From NCBI GenBank assembly GCA_976226885.1, contig OZ320323.1, positions 41,230,001-41,294,000 of the forward strand: a stretch of DNA of 64,000 bases. Direction: 5' to 3'. This stretch comes from Iphione sp. A-MEVVRFRX5. Its lineage: Eukaryota. The position numbers and the translations under genes are program-made. Positions 12,732-25,732 of this stretch are shown piece after piece. The first letter of the stretch is position 1. Every line of letters starts with the position of its first letter. The notes under the pieces were generated by a model, which searched no databases, was not told where the DNA came from, and saw only the letters and a list, made by a program, of their open reading frames with translations.

Positions 12732-15567
12732 GTTTGTTAATTACTTCCCTTCCCACCTTTCCGATCCCTCTTACGCGGACTCGCGATACAGAGTACGATA
12801 TCCTTTGAAATCGCCGTAGAGGTATTTCCGCAAGGATCTTCAAATGTCAGAGGTTATTTTCGAATTAAAAGTCCTACACTGGAGATTGAGGCGGGCCGAG
12901 TACGGGCACAAAGGACCCATGTAAGACGTCTTACTCGAGGGTACTTTGAGCTGCAAGTAGAAGGAAAACAGAGGGAGGGCATAGGTATATACACCGCCCA
13001 AGACGGACGGGCTTTCACCTTTCACCAAGGAAACACTCTGCAGTCTGAGCACACTCGCCGCCACCAACAAGGGGCCTCTTTTCAGTCGGAATAGCCCTGG
13101 ACAGGTCCTTCTCTCGAACGCAATGCCTCTTATCGTACCCTCCACGGACGAAGGCGTGGACAAAGGAGACGCCGCCACGTCCTATAGTATCCATGACAAC
13201 CAGCGTGGACGTCAAGATGACCTTGAGCGCGAGACGCTCACCTTTTAGTGTAGCCTTCCCGAGGAGCCACTTGAGTGCGACCTGTTACTAATCACCCTGG
13301 ATGGTTGGGTTATTCAAACACGTACGAGAATGTACATAATAGATACGGAAATCTAGCTGCTAATTTCAAACGCCGACTAATGATGATGATGCATATATCA
13401 CGTCCAAAATGGGAGCCCTAGGGCTCTGTGCACTTGTTATTCTTAATTGCGGTGAGCTTAAAGTGGGGCAGAATGTTTTTTTTTGCAATAATACTCTTCT
13501 TTTATCAAATTAGCTTTTTATATTTATGTTCTAGACACTTCCATCATTATCTCTTGATAAAACGAAAGCATTGCACGGAAAATGTGTATAGTTTGCCTGA
13601 GCGGTAGAGATCTTACTCACGTCCATCAAAAAAAGTTACCATGAATCACACCAAAGCCAGTGTTTCACTCTTCATGTCATGTGTATTTCATTTAGAAATT
13701 TCCTATTCAGGCAATGTAGCGCCAAAGGTTCGCACTCCCCTCCCCCGATCGATGTGACAATGTGGGACGATAAATCATTTCGATAAAAAAAAGACTTCCA
13801 GCGTCAAGTCCTTTCAAACTGACATGAAAGATTCACATGGAAATTCAGTCTCCAGTTCACCATCATGGTGGGGCCCTGGAAAGACCTGGGTTCATTGGGA
13901 ACTTCTTTATTTATTAATTATTTATTCATGAAGTCGGCCCCTCGTATTTCTTCTTCGGATGGGACGTTTTCTACTTGAGTTAAGTTCGAGATATTGGGTT
14001 TCTGTAGAGCCTACCTCTTTAGAAAGAGGTAGGCACTGGCTATATATAACAGGTAGCTGCCACGGGCACTAAATGATCTATTTTTAATGACCAGCCCTAC
14101 CAGCAAAGCGATCAATATAAGCGGTTTGAAATATTTCTTCACTCCTGTCTTCTCTCCTTCAGCTTACGTCATCCGCAAAAAAACCCGGCCAGACAAAACT
14201 ACCAGAAATTAACTATTCAAAAACCCCAGCATTTAAGGGATCGATTCACGTATTGATGTTTTTCTTTAAATTTAACCAATCATCTTTGCCCGATGTGAGC
14301 TGAGTTTGCAGGGGGGGGGGCGGCGGTTCAGTCGGTGCACATTTTCCCCCAGCACTACCCAACCCTTTCATGTGTTTTTTTCTTTCCTCTGCTAGTACAA
14401 AACAGACACGTGCACACATCTACAGGCACACATACACACACGCACATACACAATACGAAAAGGGTTCACCATCCGCCTTGTGGACACAATGCAAACTGAG
14501 ACGATGTGTTCTTCTCGACTCTTTTTCTATTGGGGACGACAGGGGGTGTTACCTTCCCCTGCCTGCCAATATTTGTAGCCGGATTACGCTTAACTGCAAC
14601 CAACAGGATGAAATATTATCATAAGCCAAGCCCCCTGTTCAGCTCGTCCAGACTGACTGCAGAACAATTTCATTCCTAGAATATTAGGCCGATAAAAATA
14701 TACATATCTTTTCCAATGTATTTAGATGACAAAAGTGTGCACTATGGTATCATCCCATTCAACTTCATATCTTATAACCTCAGCATAAAGAATCCTATTA
14801 CAAGGTTCGAATTTAATATTAACTCAATGACCACTGATTACATTTTTTATGTTGGTTTACATTTTTGGCATCTATCATGATAACCTTGATCCAGATAGGC
14901 AAAATATCTTCTTAACCAATTTAAGCCTGCTGGTCAACTTTATTTTTTTTAAAAAAACTAGGTTAAAATTATTCAATGAAATGAGTTACCAAGTTGATCA
15001 AGTTTCAAAAAGTTCAGCTCAGTTCCCGGAATGATACTGGTTTAAATTTTTCTGTTCTGCTACTTCATAAAAATATCAGGCCATTTGAATCACATCCTAT
15101 GTTTCACAGCTTAAGTAAACAAAATCTATAGACTCGATTCAGCCATCAGCTTCGCTCGTGGCAACACGATGATTCTTAACTCCCTGGCACTCCATATAAG
15201 GCCATCTGCGTCTGTGGGCAGCGGATTCCGTGCCGGCTGACAATTAAATGCCTGACAAGTGTGGATTCGTCCACGAAAGTCTCGGGATCAAAGAGCTGCA
15301 CTCCCGACTCCGATTATCTCCTTCCGCTACGACATTGTCGTTATGTCAAAATGTGTGCGCAATAATGTCACATGTTTGTCTTTTCAAACGCGTGCATATC
15401 GACCTCGCTTTGTCCTCCTCTGCCAGAGACCTATAGTCGAGGACTTTTCCCCCTTCTATGTATTTGTCATGTTTGATATGCTCCCATGGACGAGTCCATT
15501 TCGTATGACGGTTGCAATGGCTGTCCGTCTTAATGGCCGACAACCTGTATGGCCATCCATGGTCGTT

Positions 15568-15688
15568 TATGGCCGGTATTTTTCTGTAAATATGGCTAAC
15601 CCTAACCCTACCCCTATCCCTAACCCTAACCCTAACCACTGCAGGTCATATTGACCGACCACCCCAGCCATAAAAATCCAGCCATAAG
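15568..15688. mobile_element. Fold-back/MITE-like element enclosing telomere-like (CCCTAA)n
   Basis: Seven CCCTAA-type units (15596-15637, two variant) flanked by the imperfect inverted repeat TTATGGCCGGTATTTT / AAAAATCCAGCCATAA. Confidence 0.55.
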
Positions 15689-18600
15689 TTACACCAACCA
15701 TTCGGACAGGCACCTGTCCATTTCTATACCCTACGAGTCCACCGATAGTTTCAGAGGAGCAGCTCGGAACTCCATATCTTCATTTACAGCCCAGGGTTCT
15801 GTTTAAAACGAAATACAGTCTAAAAGAGAACAATTGCTCACAGAAGGGGGCCAAGGCAAAAAAACGTATACATGTCTGCGCTGTGTATATATGCGGTGTA
15901 CATACATCCAGGACTACATTTCTGTGTGGTGTCTTTAGATCGTGGAGCAAATCAAAGGCATTCCTGCGCGTATAATGTCGGTCCGAGGCGAGCCCCTGTT
16001 AACATGTATCTATTGTTCACACTAACGCATGCATTTATGTGAGTGTATTCGCAAGCAGCCATTCAACTGAACTAACCTTTCCACATGTTGTCCCATCACA
16101 ATGCATAGCTTACACATACATATAATTTGCGTGAAAGCCGACCTGTTGGAGACGGATTTTAACACAAACGCATGCATTAACCATGCAAACGATTTGTATA
16201 ACATCTTCCTCGATCTGCATATCTGGTAATCATCATGTCACACACAAAAAATAACATAGAACGTTGCGTTTGCTGTTTTGGGCACTTTGTTGCATGTCAA
16301 AGGCCCCTTAGTAAAGCTATCTGTGTTGTGTCCGTCAGGACGATCGAAGTAGTACAGAAATAAAATTTATGAGCGTGGGATTTAAAACACGTACAGACAC
16401 GTACCACACATCCTGTGCGTCACTGATAAACACAGTATATATGGGCATGAAACGTACACAAGGAGTTTCCATCCTAATACTCGAAGGTACGGAGGTGTAG
16501 ACAGCAAGGTACAAAAAAGGTTCGCACAGTTTCGGACTTGTCCCCCGCTATAATATAATACCGTTCCTCCTCATATGGTACGGAAGATACCACCTTTAGG
16601 TGAGGAGGGCGGGGGGGGGGGACGCTGGGGCGACCCAGAATGAAAACATGCTGTTTGAGCAAAAAAAAGTCAGCATCCTCATTCCAACAGGTTGTCCCGA
16701 AAATGACAAATGGGGCGGTGTGTGATTGATCATGTCACTTAACAACAGTTCAAAAAAACCCCAAGCAATTATATGCATATCGGCCCCTGGGAAAGGTTAA
16801 TAGTACATGTACATGTTTTATTTTAACTACATGTATATGTATTGAGATGTGAAGCATACATATACATATGGCGCATGGAGCCGAACATCCCAAAAGACTA
16901 GTGGAAAAATGCAACATGAAGGTCAGACCCTTCTCTCACCCATTGTGGCTGTGAGAACTCCCTCAATTGACTCATTGTCTTACTGTCACATAGCCAAACC
17001 CACCCTTCGTATGATATGACAGTTATACTTTTACTATGGTCACATACAATGTTCAAAATAAAAAAGTTTTCCAGTCACAGTGTCATTGTACTTAAAATAA
17101 ATATAGATGCCTCACCATGTTCTCACTAGATATATATCCACATATTTACATAACCATATAATGTCATGTGACATTCATAACTCTGATACAGTCACACATG
17201 AGTGACAGTGTTGCTTGAATATCATCTCCACAGATTGGTTACATGAGTCGTGACAAAATAGCATAACATCATTGGCTATGGAACACTTTGATTGACAGGT
17301 ATCGTGACCATAAAACATGCTGTCCTGTCACTCGGCGATACATCAATTCAGATATCATCACCAGACTCTCACCCTCACTGACCATGTACAACCATCAGCC
17401 TCTGCCCCTCAACCCATACAACCATCAGAGCCCTTCCCCTTATCCAATACAACTGTTAGATCCACGCCCAAGTCTCTGTCATCCATATGCTACAATCTAT
17501 GCTGTAAACAACCAGAAATACTGACCAAGGCTTACATCTGAGTAGACCTCCCACATTGCCATTTTTGCTGCCAGAAATGGGAATGGATGGGTGGCCCATA
17601 TTCATCTTATACAAAAATAATCTTAAATGCTTTGCCTGTATATTGAAGACCACAGCATCTACGGATCTGTACGCAGGAAAACCCATGAAATTGCAGATTG
17701 CCATCATGGCTATGCATCTGTATGTATTATGTCTGGGCATAAGGGAAGAGACAGAGTAAATATGCTAGGGACATATAGTAACTATCTATGTCTGGTTTGT
17801 CCCATATGTTGCTACCTACATATATCCAACTGCATGAATATGTATACATGGACAAACTGCCTAAGGCTGATCTCTACTGAATACCTGAACTGTAACTCAA
17901 GAACAACGAAAAAATTCTCTACAAGTGAGGAATTGCACAATGCCTCTCTGCTTTGAAAAGATGATCGATGGACTTGAAAATGCCCCATCGTGGTAAATTT
18001 GACGCTTATTATTATGTATATGAGTCAGTGTTACTGAGGAGAACCTGTTAGAAATGTGAATACACAATATTATAAAGGACAAAAGCATACCATTAGAAAT
18101 AATGATACTTGAAAGGGGTTCTTATGAAATCTGTATGTCAAAAAAGACTTCTAAAAAAAATTCTCCTTTTAAAAGGGATTTTTGTGAAATTCGATACTTT
18201 AAAGGGATTTCTTTGAAATCTATACCTGAGAGGGAGATTGCTATGATGCCAATATGGTGCGCTTTAAAGACGCGTTCTTCCCTTTGTCTGATTTATTAGT
18301 ATAGGGGTGTATGGTATCGTGCTTTCAACAACTATTCAACATGCTTCAACGTATCCTCCTCGGCCAACGTCCCAAGGACTCCATAAGTCTCTGCGATATA
18401 TTCATTCGTTACCATTTTAAACAATGGAGTATTCAACAGGTTACAGAAGGTTCTACGTTAGACGGTCAGCGCATGTGCACTGGCAAACAATACTTCAAGA
18501 TAGGCAGACTTAACAATTCATAAATATATTATTGGCATCAGCCATTTATCGCCTAATTCAGACAATGTGAACATTGACAAAATATTGCCTCCGCCTAGGC

Positions 18601-20875
18601 AGGATAAATGTGTTTTACTGGGTAAAATAAATCTAACGCACTTCAACATTTTTCGTTCCTATAGCTCAAATCTAATTCGACGAACGGTTATAGCATATCT
18701 CCATCCTTAAGAATACAAGAAAACGGAAGGAAACCCTTGGAAAATGCTGATCCAGCCGGTGAGAATTGAGTCAGACCGAGCACATGCACATTCCCCTGAG
18801 CGACTCATTAGCTGCAGATGAGTGCCAAAAATAATGAGGAATACAATTACAAAGTTTCCTTTCAGACCCACTTGAGGGCAGGAACATTCATATTCATTCG
18901 AACGAGTGCAGTTGAATTGCCGCTGAAACTACAATCCATGGGAAACCGAGGTACTGGCGATTCGTACGAATATGACCGAATAAAAATCCGCCCCCCCCCC
19001 CACGAAATGCCTCTTCAGATACACGTATATGTACATGCCAAAGCAATCATATTGCTTACACCATGCCCTGAGCCATATGTGTGTGATATTCAAGTTGCCT
19101 GTTACAAGTAAAACGGCTTCTGTACTGCTCCCCCCCGTCAACCATACATACATTATGCCGAAGAGCCCTTACTAAAAATTCAACCTTAACATTTATTCCG
19201 TTCTTTTTTAAATGCCAACACGATGACAGTCCGCTAGGAGGTTGCACTGTTCTGCCATCTGTCACAGATGATCATTGCCATGGGGGATCAACAATACTAC
19301 GTGTGCATATTATGTGTATCCTACACGATAACGTAAGACTACATGTCCTTTACCTGCTGAGGCCATGTTTTACAAAATGAAAGTGTACCTGTGCACATGC
19401 CTTCAGAGATCATTTGAAAAGCACCCATTATATTATGATGATGATGTTTCCCCATCTACGATTCCTTTATTATAAGTATATCCGGTGCCCTATACGCATA
19501 TATGATTCCCTATATAATTAATCCCGTTTCATTTTCTCCGGTCTATCTTTCTTGCAGAATCCCAAAAATTTCTGTCCTAGTCCACCGAAACCTTAACCAC
19601 ACATCTTCTCGCAACCGAAAAACTCCATTCTTCGGTAGGCCTTTCTTCGTACATAGTAAACCCACGGCATCCTCCATCATTCGGCCATCCTGGCTTATAC
19701 AATTCCATAGCTTTGGTTCTCATCATCAGTGCTAATACTCCAGTTCGTATTACATTTTCTCACAGTAGCTTTGAGAACCAAATTATTTCATGGTTTAGCA
19801 TAGCATATCTTTTCCTACACAGATATGAGTGAGCAGTGCATTTGTTGTTTTTATCTCTTCTGTACAATTTCTGGGATTGCATTTTCATGATATCAGAGGG
19901 AAAGAATAAAAAGTAAATTGTTGCAGTTTAAAAGGTACGGGCAGGACTACTTAAAAAGGTATCCAAAAATCCAGTTTTATTGCCCCAGCCGTGCTCGGTG
20001 AAGACCCGAATTTATTTCCATGGCGACACAGTTGTGATTTTCACTTTGCTTGTAAGCTTGTCTTTTTCATGGACTTTGTTCATACATAACACAGACTACC
20101 TCAAGCAGTAAACATTCCTCGCGAAACTTGTTTAGATTTTGACGTTTCTTTATAAAAACAGATGAGAAAGTATTATACTTGTGCCTGTACATGCCCAAGC
20201 ATCATTATCATTATACATGTACATAAAAAGTACTAAGTTATCTTTTTCATCTCTTCATTTGTACTCGTCTTCGTAAATCCCTGCAAGATTTGAAACCCTA
20301 ACTGAAGGTATAATACCAAATATAAATACATTTAGTGTTCAAACGTTATTATTAATACATGCAGTTTGAAAAGAGTGTAGAATGTGACAATAATACTGTA
20401 GATTGATATTCTTGACCGAAACAAATCGTACAGAGTTCTACTCGGCTACGGCAACTGTATTGGACGAGGAAGGTAGGAAACGGAAAGGGAAGTTGAGGAA
20501 AGATATACGAAACAGACGCGCTCCCGCCACTGTTAAAGCTGGTGAGACGCATTTAGAGGGGAAAGCATCCAAGGTATGTGGCAAGTTTGTCGGACTAAAT
20601 CCACCACACAGCAGTGTCTTTTATACCGGTCAACAGAACGGCGATCTCCTGAGAATGTTATTGATTGTGAGGTCCGCGAGCTCCAGGTTCCAGACGACCG
20701 AGGCTTTCGGGGAAAAAAACACGACCCGCCGAGTTACGCGGACTGTTAGCAATGCAAATGAACCCCAGGGAAATGGTCAGGTAGTGCTCCGTGTTTGCCG
20801 TAGTCAGCGCGTTCGGGGCACGTTGTTTCCTAAATTACCACCAGGGGAGCCACGAGCGAGGGGCTGAATGAGTGA

Positions 20876-20878
<3 letters not shown>

Positions 20879-20932
<54 letters not shown>
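20879..20932. repeat. (TG)n microsatellite followed by a poly-G run
   Basis: Direct. Confidence 0.97.
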
Positions 20933-20935
<3 letters not shown>

Positions 20936-21293
20936 AGGGGGGGGGGCGGTGGTCACTGGGTCGTTCTAGTGAGGGGATCTAACCGAGGTGTTGACCCCCG
21001 GTCGACCCTAGCGGTGGGCGAAACAAGGTACCGAGAAACGATGGCAGATGTACCTTCCAGAGTGTTACTTCGAGTTCGAGTGTCTAGTGCTGCTGCTATT
21101 GAATTTAATGGGGTTTTCTACCGTGGAGTGAGACTTGTCTACGATCTTAGCGAGATACCTCGAAATCTTGTTTTATTTGTGTGTATATATGTACAGTATT
21201 CGCAGCATTACGCTGAGGTTTCTGTCATCTGACCGACAAGTATACGAAATAAAAAAAAACTGTGAGACCTCCAGAGAGAGAAAAAAGAATCAC

Positions 21294-21366
21294 CTTGTTG
21301 GGCAGATACTCAGGACAAGAAGCCAAGGGGAAGAAGGGATGAGGTATAGGAACATTTGTCGACAAG
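21294..21366 (-). CDS. Candidate 73-nt internal exon of an unidentified minus-strand gene (x-LSTNVPIPHPFFPLASCPEYLPNK)
   Basis: Acceptor CCGTCTTGTTTCGTGTTCGCTCGTCTGTCTGTCTGCAG| and donor AAG|GTGATT (moderate). Open in the phase 2 to 0 frame and in one other frame. No homology recognised. Confidence 0.3.
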
Positions 21367-22554
21367 CTGCAGACAGACAGACGAGCGAACACGAAACAAG
21401 ACGGAATTTACCGAGTACAATTAAGAGCAGTTCTCTCTGCTTTTCAGATGATTAATATTGCCGAAATCGGAGTTTAATTAGAAACGGCGTCCTATACAGA
21501 AACAGCAGTTTGTCATTCATTTAGGATTTTGTTCGCAGTCGTGGCTTTTTTTTGAAAAAGAAAATCCCCAACGAGAACCAATTAACGTCCCATTAGCTCA
21601 CTCTATTTCGCCGCAACGACGACACAGCTTCGATAACAATCAATCTTAACTTTTTCGAGAGATAGTGTTGTGTTTTTTTTGGCTCAGTGAAATTAACAGA
21701 AATTCATTTCCTCCTCAGGCAGCAATCTGAAATTAAATAAACGAACATTGGGGTTCAAGCAATTTCCTCATAATGTACATACGTGTACTTATGCGTGCTT
21801 CAGAAATTTCTTAATCTGACATGAATAAAAGTAATAACAGCAACAGTAACGAATGGTCTATAGTTTACGAAGTCCACTCATCAGAAAGTGTTTACTCCTT
21901 CTAGCGGAACACATTTGAATCTGCAACACAGTCATTGGAAAAAAATGAAACTACATGTACATACATGTATATGATTGACACTACGTCCTTTTTAAAATAC
22001 ATCTTATCAAGATATCCTAAATCTTGGTGGGATTTCATCTGGACTAGATGTTGCATCTGAGCCTTTCAGAAATGCACCAGGCCACTGATGAAAAGCTTTG
22101 AGCTCGCTCTTGACTTAAAGACCAATGCCCGCCATCGACTTCTCGCAACCACCGCGGATCAGAAGAGCATGAGGCATTAGCGAAACGACGAGCAGCTCAG
22201 AGCAATTCTCCCGCTTATCAGCATCCACCAGACGATATGTCTAAACCCCCTGCCGACATAAAACTGACGAGAGAGATTCTTGGGGCGAAGCAGCTTCGAA
22301 ATGGAATCGATGAACTTAACTAAGGACCATAAAAGAGATATGCGTTCACCTGTCGAGAGCGACAAGACCAAAACGCCAATTTCTCTATTTGGAGTTTTCA
22401 GTGCTTTGTTTGTAGGTTATAAGTATAACAGAGAAGAAAGAAGGGCACTCTGATAAGAGGTAAAATAGTCATTTAAACAGAGATGATTTGAAGATGTTTT
22501 GATATTGGTAAGGGAGGGTTACTATAGTAGAAAAGACTGGAGGACAGCCCGATA

Positions 22555-22729
22555 CAGTGGAAAGCGTCTAATCAGGACACCTTTCTTTCCGAAGCTGCCC
22601 CTAATTCAGACATGTCCATATTAGAGATTTACTGTTCTAAAGAAAAAAATACACAAATGCTCTGTTCAAAGTGTCCCTACTTGAAGTCCGTCCTTATAGG
22701 AGATATAGCCCTAAGGTGGCTCTCTACTG
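22555..22729. mobile_element. Tc1/mariner-pogo (Tigger-like) MITE remnant
   Basis: TA|CAGTGGAAAGCGTCTAATCAGGACACC ... GTGGCTCTCTACTG|TA: degenerate CAGT-starting TIRs, TA target duplication, internal GGACACC / GTGTCC pair. Confidence 0.6.
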
Positions 22730-23714
22730 TACTGGTAGAGACATTCGCTTAAATAATGACAATTAGGCAATACAGATATTGATAGCGACAGTAACTAAAG
22801 TACTGCTTGAAGTTCAAATCTCTTCCGTGAATGGAATCTATGCAGATATCTATTCACGCTAAAACGAGACATCACGTTGTTGAAAATGTATACAGACTAT
22901 TTGAACACAAACAATGTGAAAAGAGATAATATCGACAATAATATTTTACCATTTACATCATTAACGGATCATTATGCGCTGGGAATCGGGCATTATCTTG
23001 TCTTTTCCCGTTAGGAAGAACGCTTTGTAGTTCGTTAATGAGCATCAGCACAAAAAGGTTGTAATTGATCGACAACTATATTTGATCGTGAAATAAAGAA
23101 TGGATTGAAACCCAAGTGGAAAACAAAACAGATGGGCAGTGATAGATGTATGCAGACAGACTGCCAAAAGGACAGGCGCAGTAGAAAGATAAATCTTCAT
23201 TTCGCCCGCAAATGATTTGCGAAAGGCCAGAGAGGCCAATACGGAATTCCGATGATATTCAATGTGAGAATTCAAATTACATTCAAACTGTTTTCCAGTT
23301 ATTGTCATGCTAACCAGTCTTGCAACATGTTTACTAGATAATGTTGACAGTAGTGCAATAGGCTTTAAGAAGGGACCGTGTAAAGTGAATTGGATGACAC
23401 ACAGGCAAGCAGAGAGGCAGACCAGACAGAGAGAAAGGGAGACTGGGAAATGAATGTCTCATAGAACACACATTAGAGATGCAAACAGAATCAGGTGCTG
23501 AAATGAAAGAAACATTGAGTTCAAATATGTGTTGAATGCCAGCGTTTATGCGCGCGCTCCGTTATATGTTGTCGGCGACTATGGTTCATGGTGTGTGTGT
23601 GTGTATGTGGGGGGGGGGGTTGCCAGAGTCGCTCCATCAGCAGATAATTCATCTGGAAATCTGACATGACCGCACCCCCTCCCCCCCCCAGGGGCTTGGA
23701 CACGGGATGCAGAG

Positions 23715-23812
23715 ACGGGGGTGGGGAGGCGATCCCCGGGGATCATTCCGGCGGGGGGACGGGGGGTCCGGGGGGAGGGGGGAGGGGGGAGAGGGAGGGG
23801 GGAGAGGGAGGG
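23715..23812 (+). other. G-tract block (G-quadruplex-forming potential) in a CpG-rich segment
   Basis: More than 10 runs of 3-7 G separated by short linkers. Confidence 0.6.
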
Positions 23813-25716
23813 TCCTACCCGAGTGCCCTGCCACGACCACCACCACCTCGGTGGGGGGTATCGGACCGCCGACAGTGGGCAAGGTCAGCATGGTGATGCA
23901 TTAACTCCGCCTGATTGATCCCTCAACAATGGCCAGGCCCCACAAAACGACTCCCAACAACAATAATAACGCCTCTTATTGTCATTTCACGCTCACTTAA
24001 GTTGTGAAAAGTTTCCTTTTTTTCTGGCTGCTTCCATCACAAGAGAAAAGAACAGAAATCATGAATAGAACACGCATGCACGACACGAAACGAATAAGAA
24101 ATGAAGTCAAGGACACTAGAGCCGAAGGAAGCGTTGCCCTGTAAAGCATGACTCGAACTGCATCACGAGTAGCAGGTTTCCCGGGAGAAAAAAAATGGAG
24201 CCTCCAGTCCGAGCACTATACAACGGATTGAAGCTTAAAGCTAAACGAAAGAAGCTTTGTGAACGAATGGCAGGGGGAAACCATAACATCAATATACGCT
24301 AAAGCGCTTAACTTAACTTCTTTTTCGGCGTGGCAGCCCACTTCAGTAGATGATTTATAAGTGTAATAAAGCATCTTCGTCGCACCTCTTTGACCTGATG
24401 TTCCCACGGGATCAGAGCCGGGCTGGAAACGTTGCGCAAAATGATATGCTCGCGGTGAGCAAAAGGTGCTTCATTATCGCCCAGTTGATTCCCGGTCATT
24501 CCGATACAACCCGCAAAGGGATGAGATGACTCAACTTTTTTCCACCCCTCAACCACACCCCATGTCCTTACACTCTCATCTGTTTCATCAAAGACCGCAA
24601 GGGTCCTCTACGAAGCTTACCAATAACAATATGCATTTAAGATGGCTCTACAGGACCAGAAACACTAGACTACTTTAACAGAAAAGACAAAAAAAACAAA
24701 CAAAAAAAACAAGGCCGTTCAACACTTGGCTTCGGAGCAGCTGATGAATACTTTAGATGAACTGATACTCCGGTGCCAATATTTTTTATACTTGAAGCGG
24801 CAAGTACAGAAACAAAGCCCAGGCGAGCTCACTGTACATCGATAACTCATAATGCATTGGCGCCACGCGCTGGTCAATAATGAAAATGCTTAGGGATCAA
24901 TGGGTGAAATACACTGGGTCGATTTTGCTGAGGATGAGGGAGTAATTTCAGCACGGGAACGGAAGATGGCGTGCGGATTTGATCGATGAAAGTCTGGCCG
25001 ATTGTCAAAAGTGCTGATGATCCGTTCCTTCGATCATGCACCCACCACCGTCGCCACCATCATCACCACCACCTACATCTCCTCCTTAGATGCTGACCGG
25101 CCATAGAAGCCGACCAACCAATCACATCACCACCACCCCAACCCCCACTGCCATCTTTCACATCTTCCTGTCGACCTTTCGCCCTCTGAGGAGCTCTCTA
25201 TTACTGAGTTGCTCAGGTAGTCCTAACCACACCCCCTCTCCTACGGGCTCGAGCTCAATGTGACCAGCCAGCCTTAAAGCCGTGGGAAGATTACAGCAGA
25301 TCACACCATGCAGTGTGGTACTCGCTGGCGTAGGATAACGGTGGCTGAGAGGGCGGTTAGAGGTATACCACCTACACACCACGGAGGAGGAGCTAGGAGG
25401 CGCAGGAGGACGGTGGGACGGTTAGGAGAGGTGGGGTGGGGTGGGTTGGGTTGCTGGTAGAGCGGTGGAAAGAATCATGCCGTGGGGGAAGGCATGCGTG
25501 AAGAGAAGAAATGACTTGCCTAGCTTGATCTGGAATCGCGCCGCCCTACTATAAGCGCGGGAGACTTAAAAGTACCGGGGGAACCCAGATACAAATGGAG
25601 AAACTTTGGTGTCTGGGCAAAGGTGACTCTAAGTGGACTTGATATACACACTAGATGGATGTGTCTGTTAGATTGAGTCAAGCTGGCGAGGCAGACAAGA
25701 TACGGTAACTACAGAA

Positions 25717-25732
25717 AGGTCACGGGAGGTCA
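25717..25732 (+). promoter_or_regulatory. Perfect DR4 nuclear-receptor element
   Basis: AGGTCA-cggg-AGGTCA, the canonical TR/RXR and LXR/RXR spacing. Confidence 0.5.

Noticed and set aside
20403-20867. 154-aa plus ORF with a donor AAG|GTATGT at 20574
   Set aside because: No upstream acceptor or true ATG and no recognisable protein. The purine-rich stretch is better explained as the complement of a minus-strand pyrimidine tract.
22110-22323. About 70-codon ATG-less plus frame (...EEHEALAKRRAAQSNSPAYQHPPDDMSKPP...)
   Set aside because: No flanking splice sites, and the length is within chance for GC-balanced DNA.
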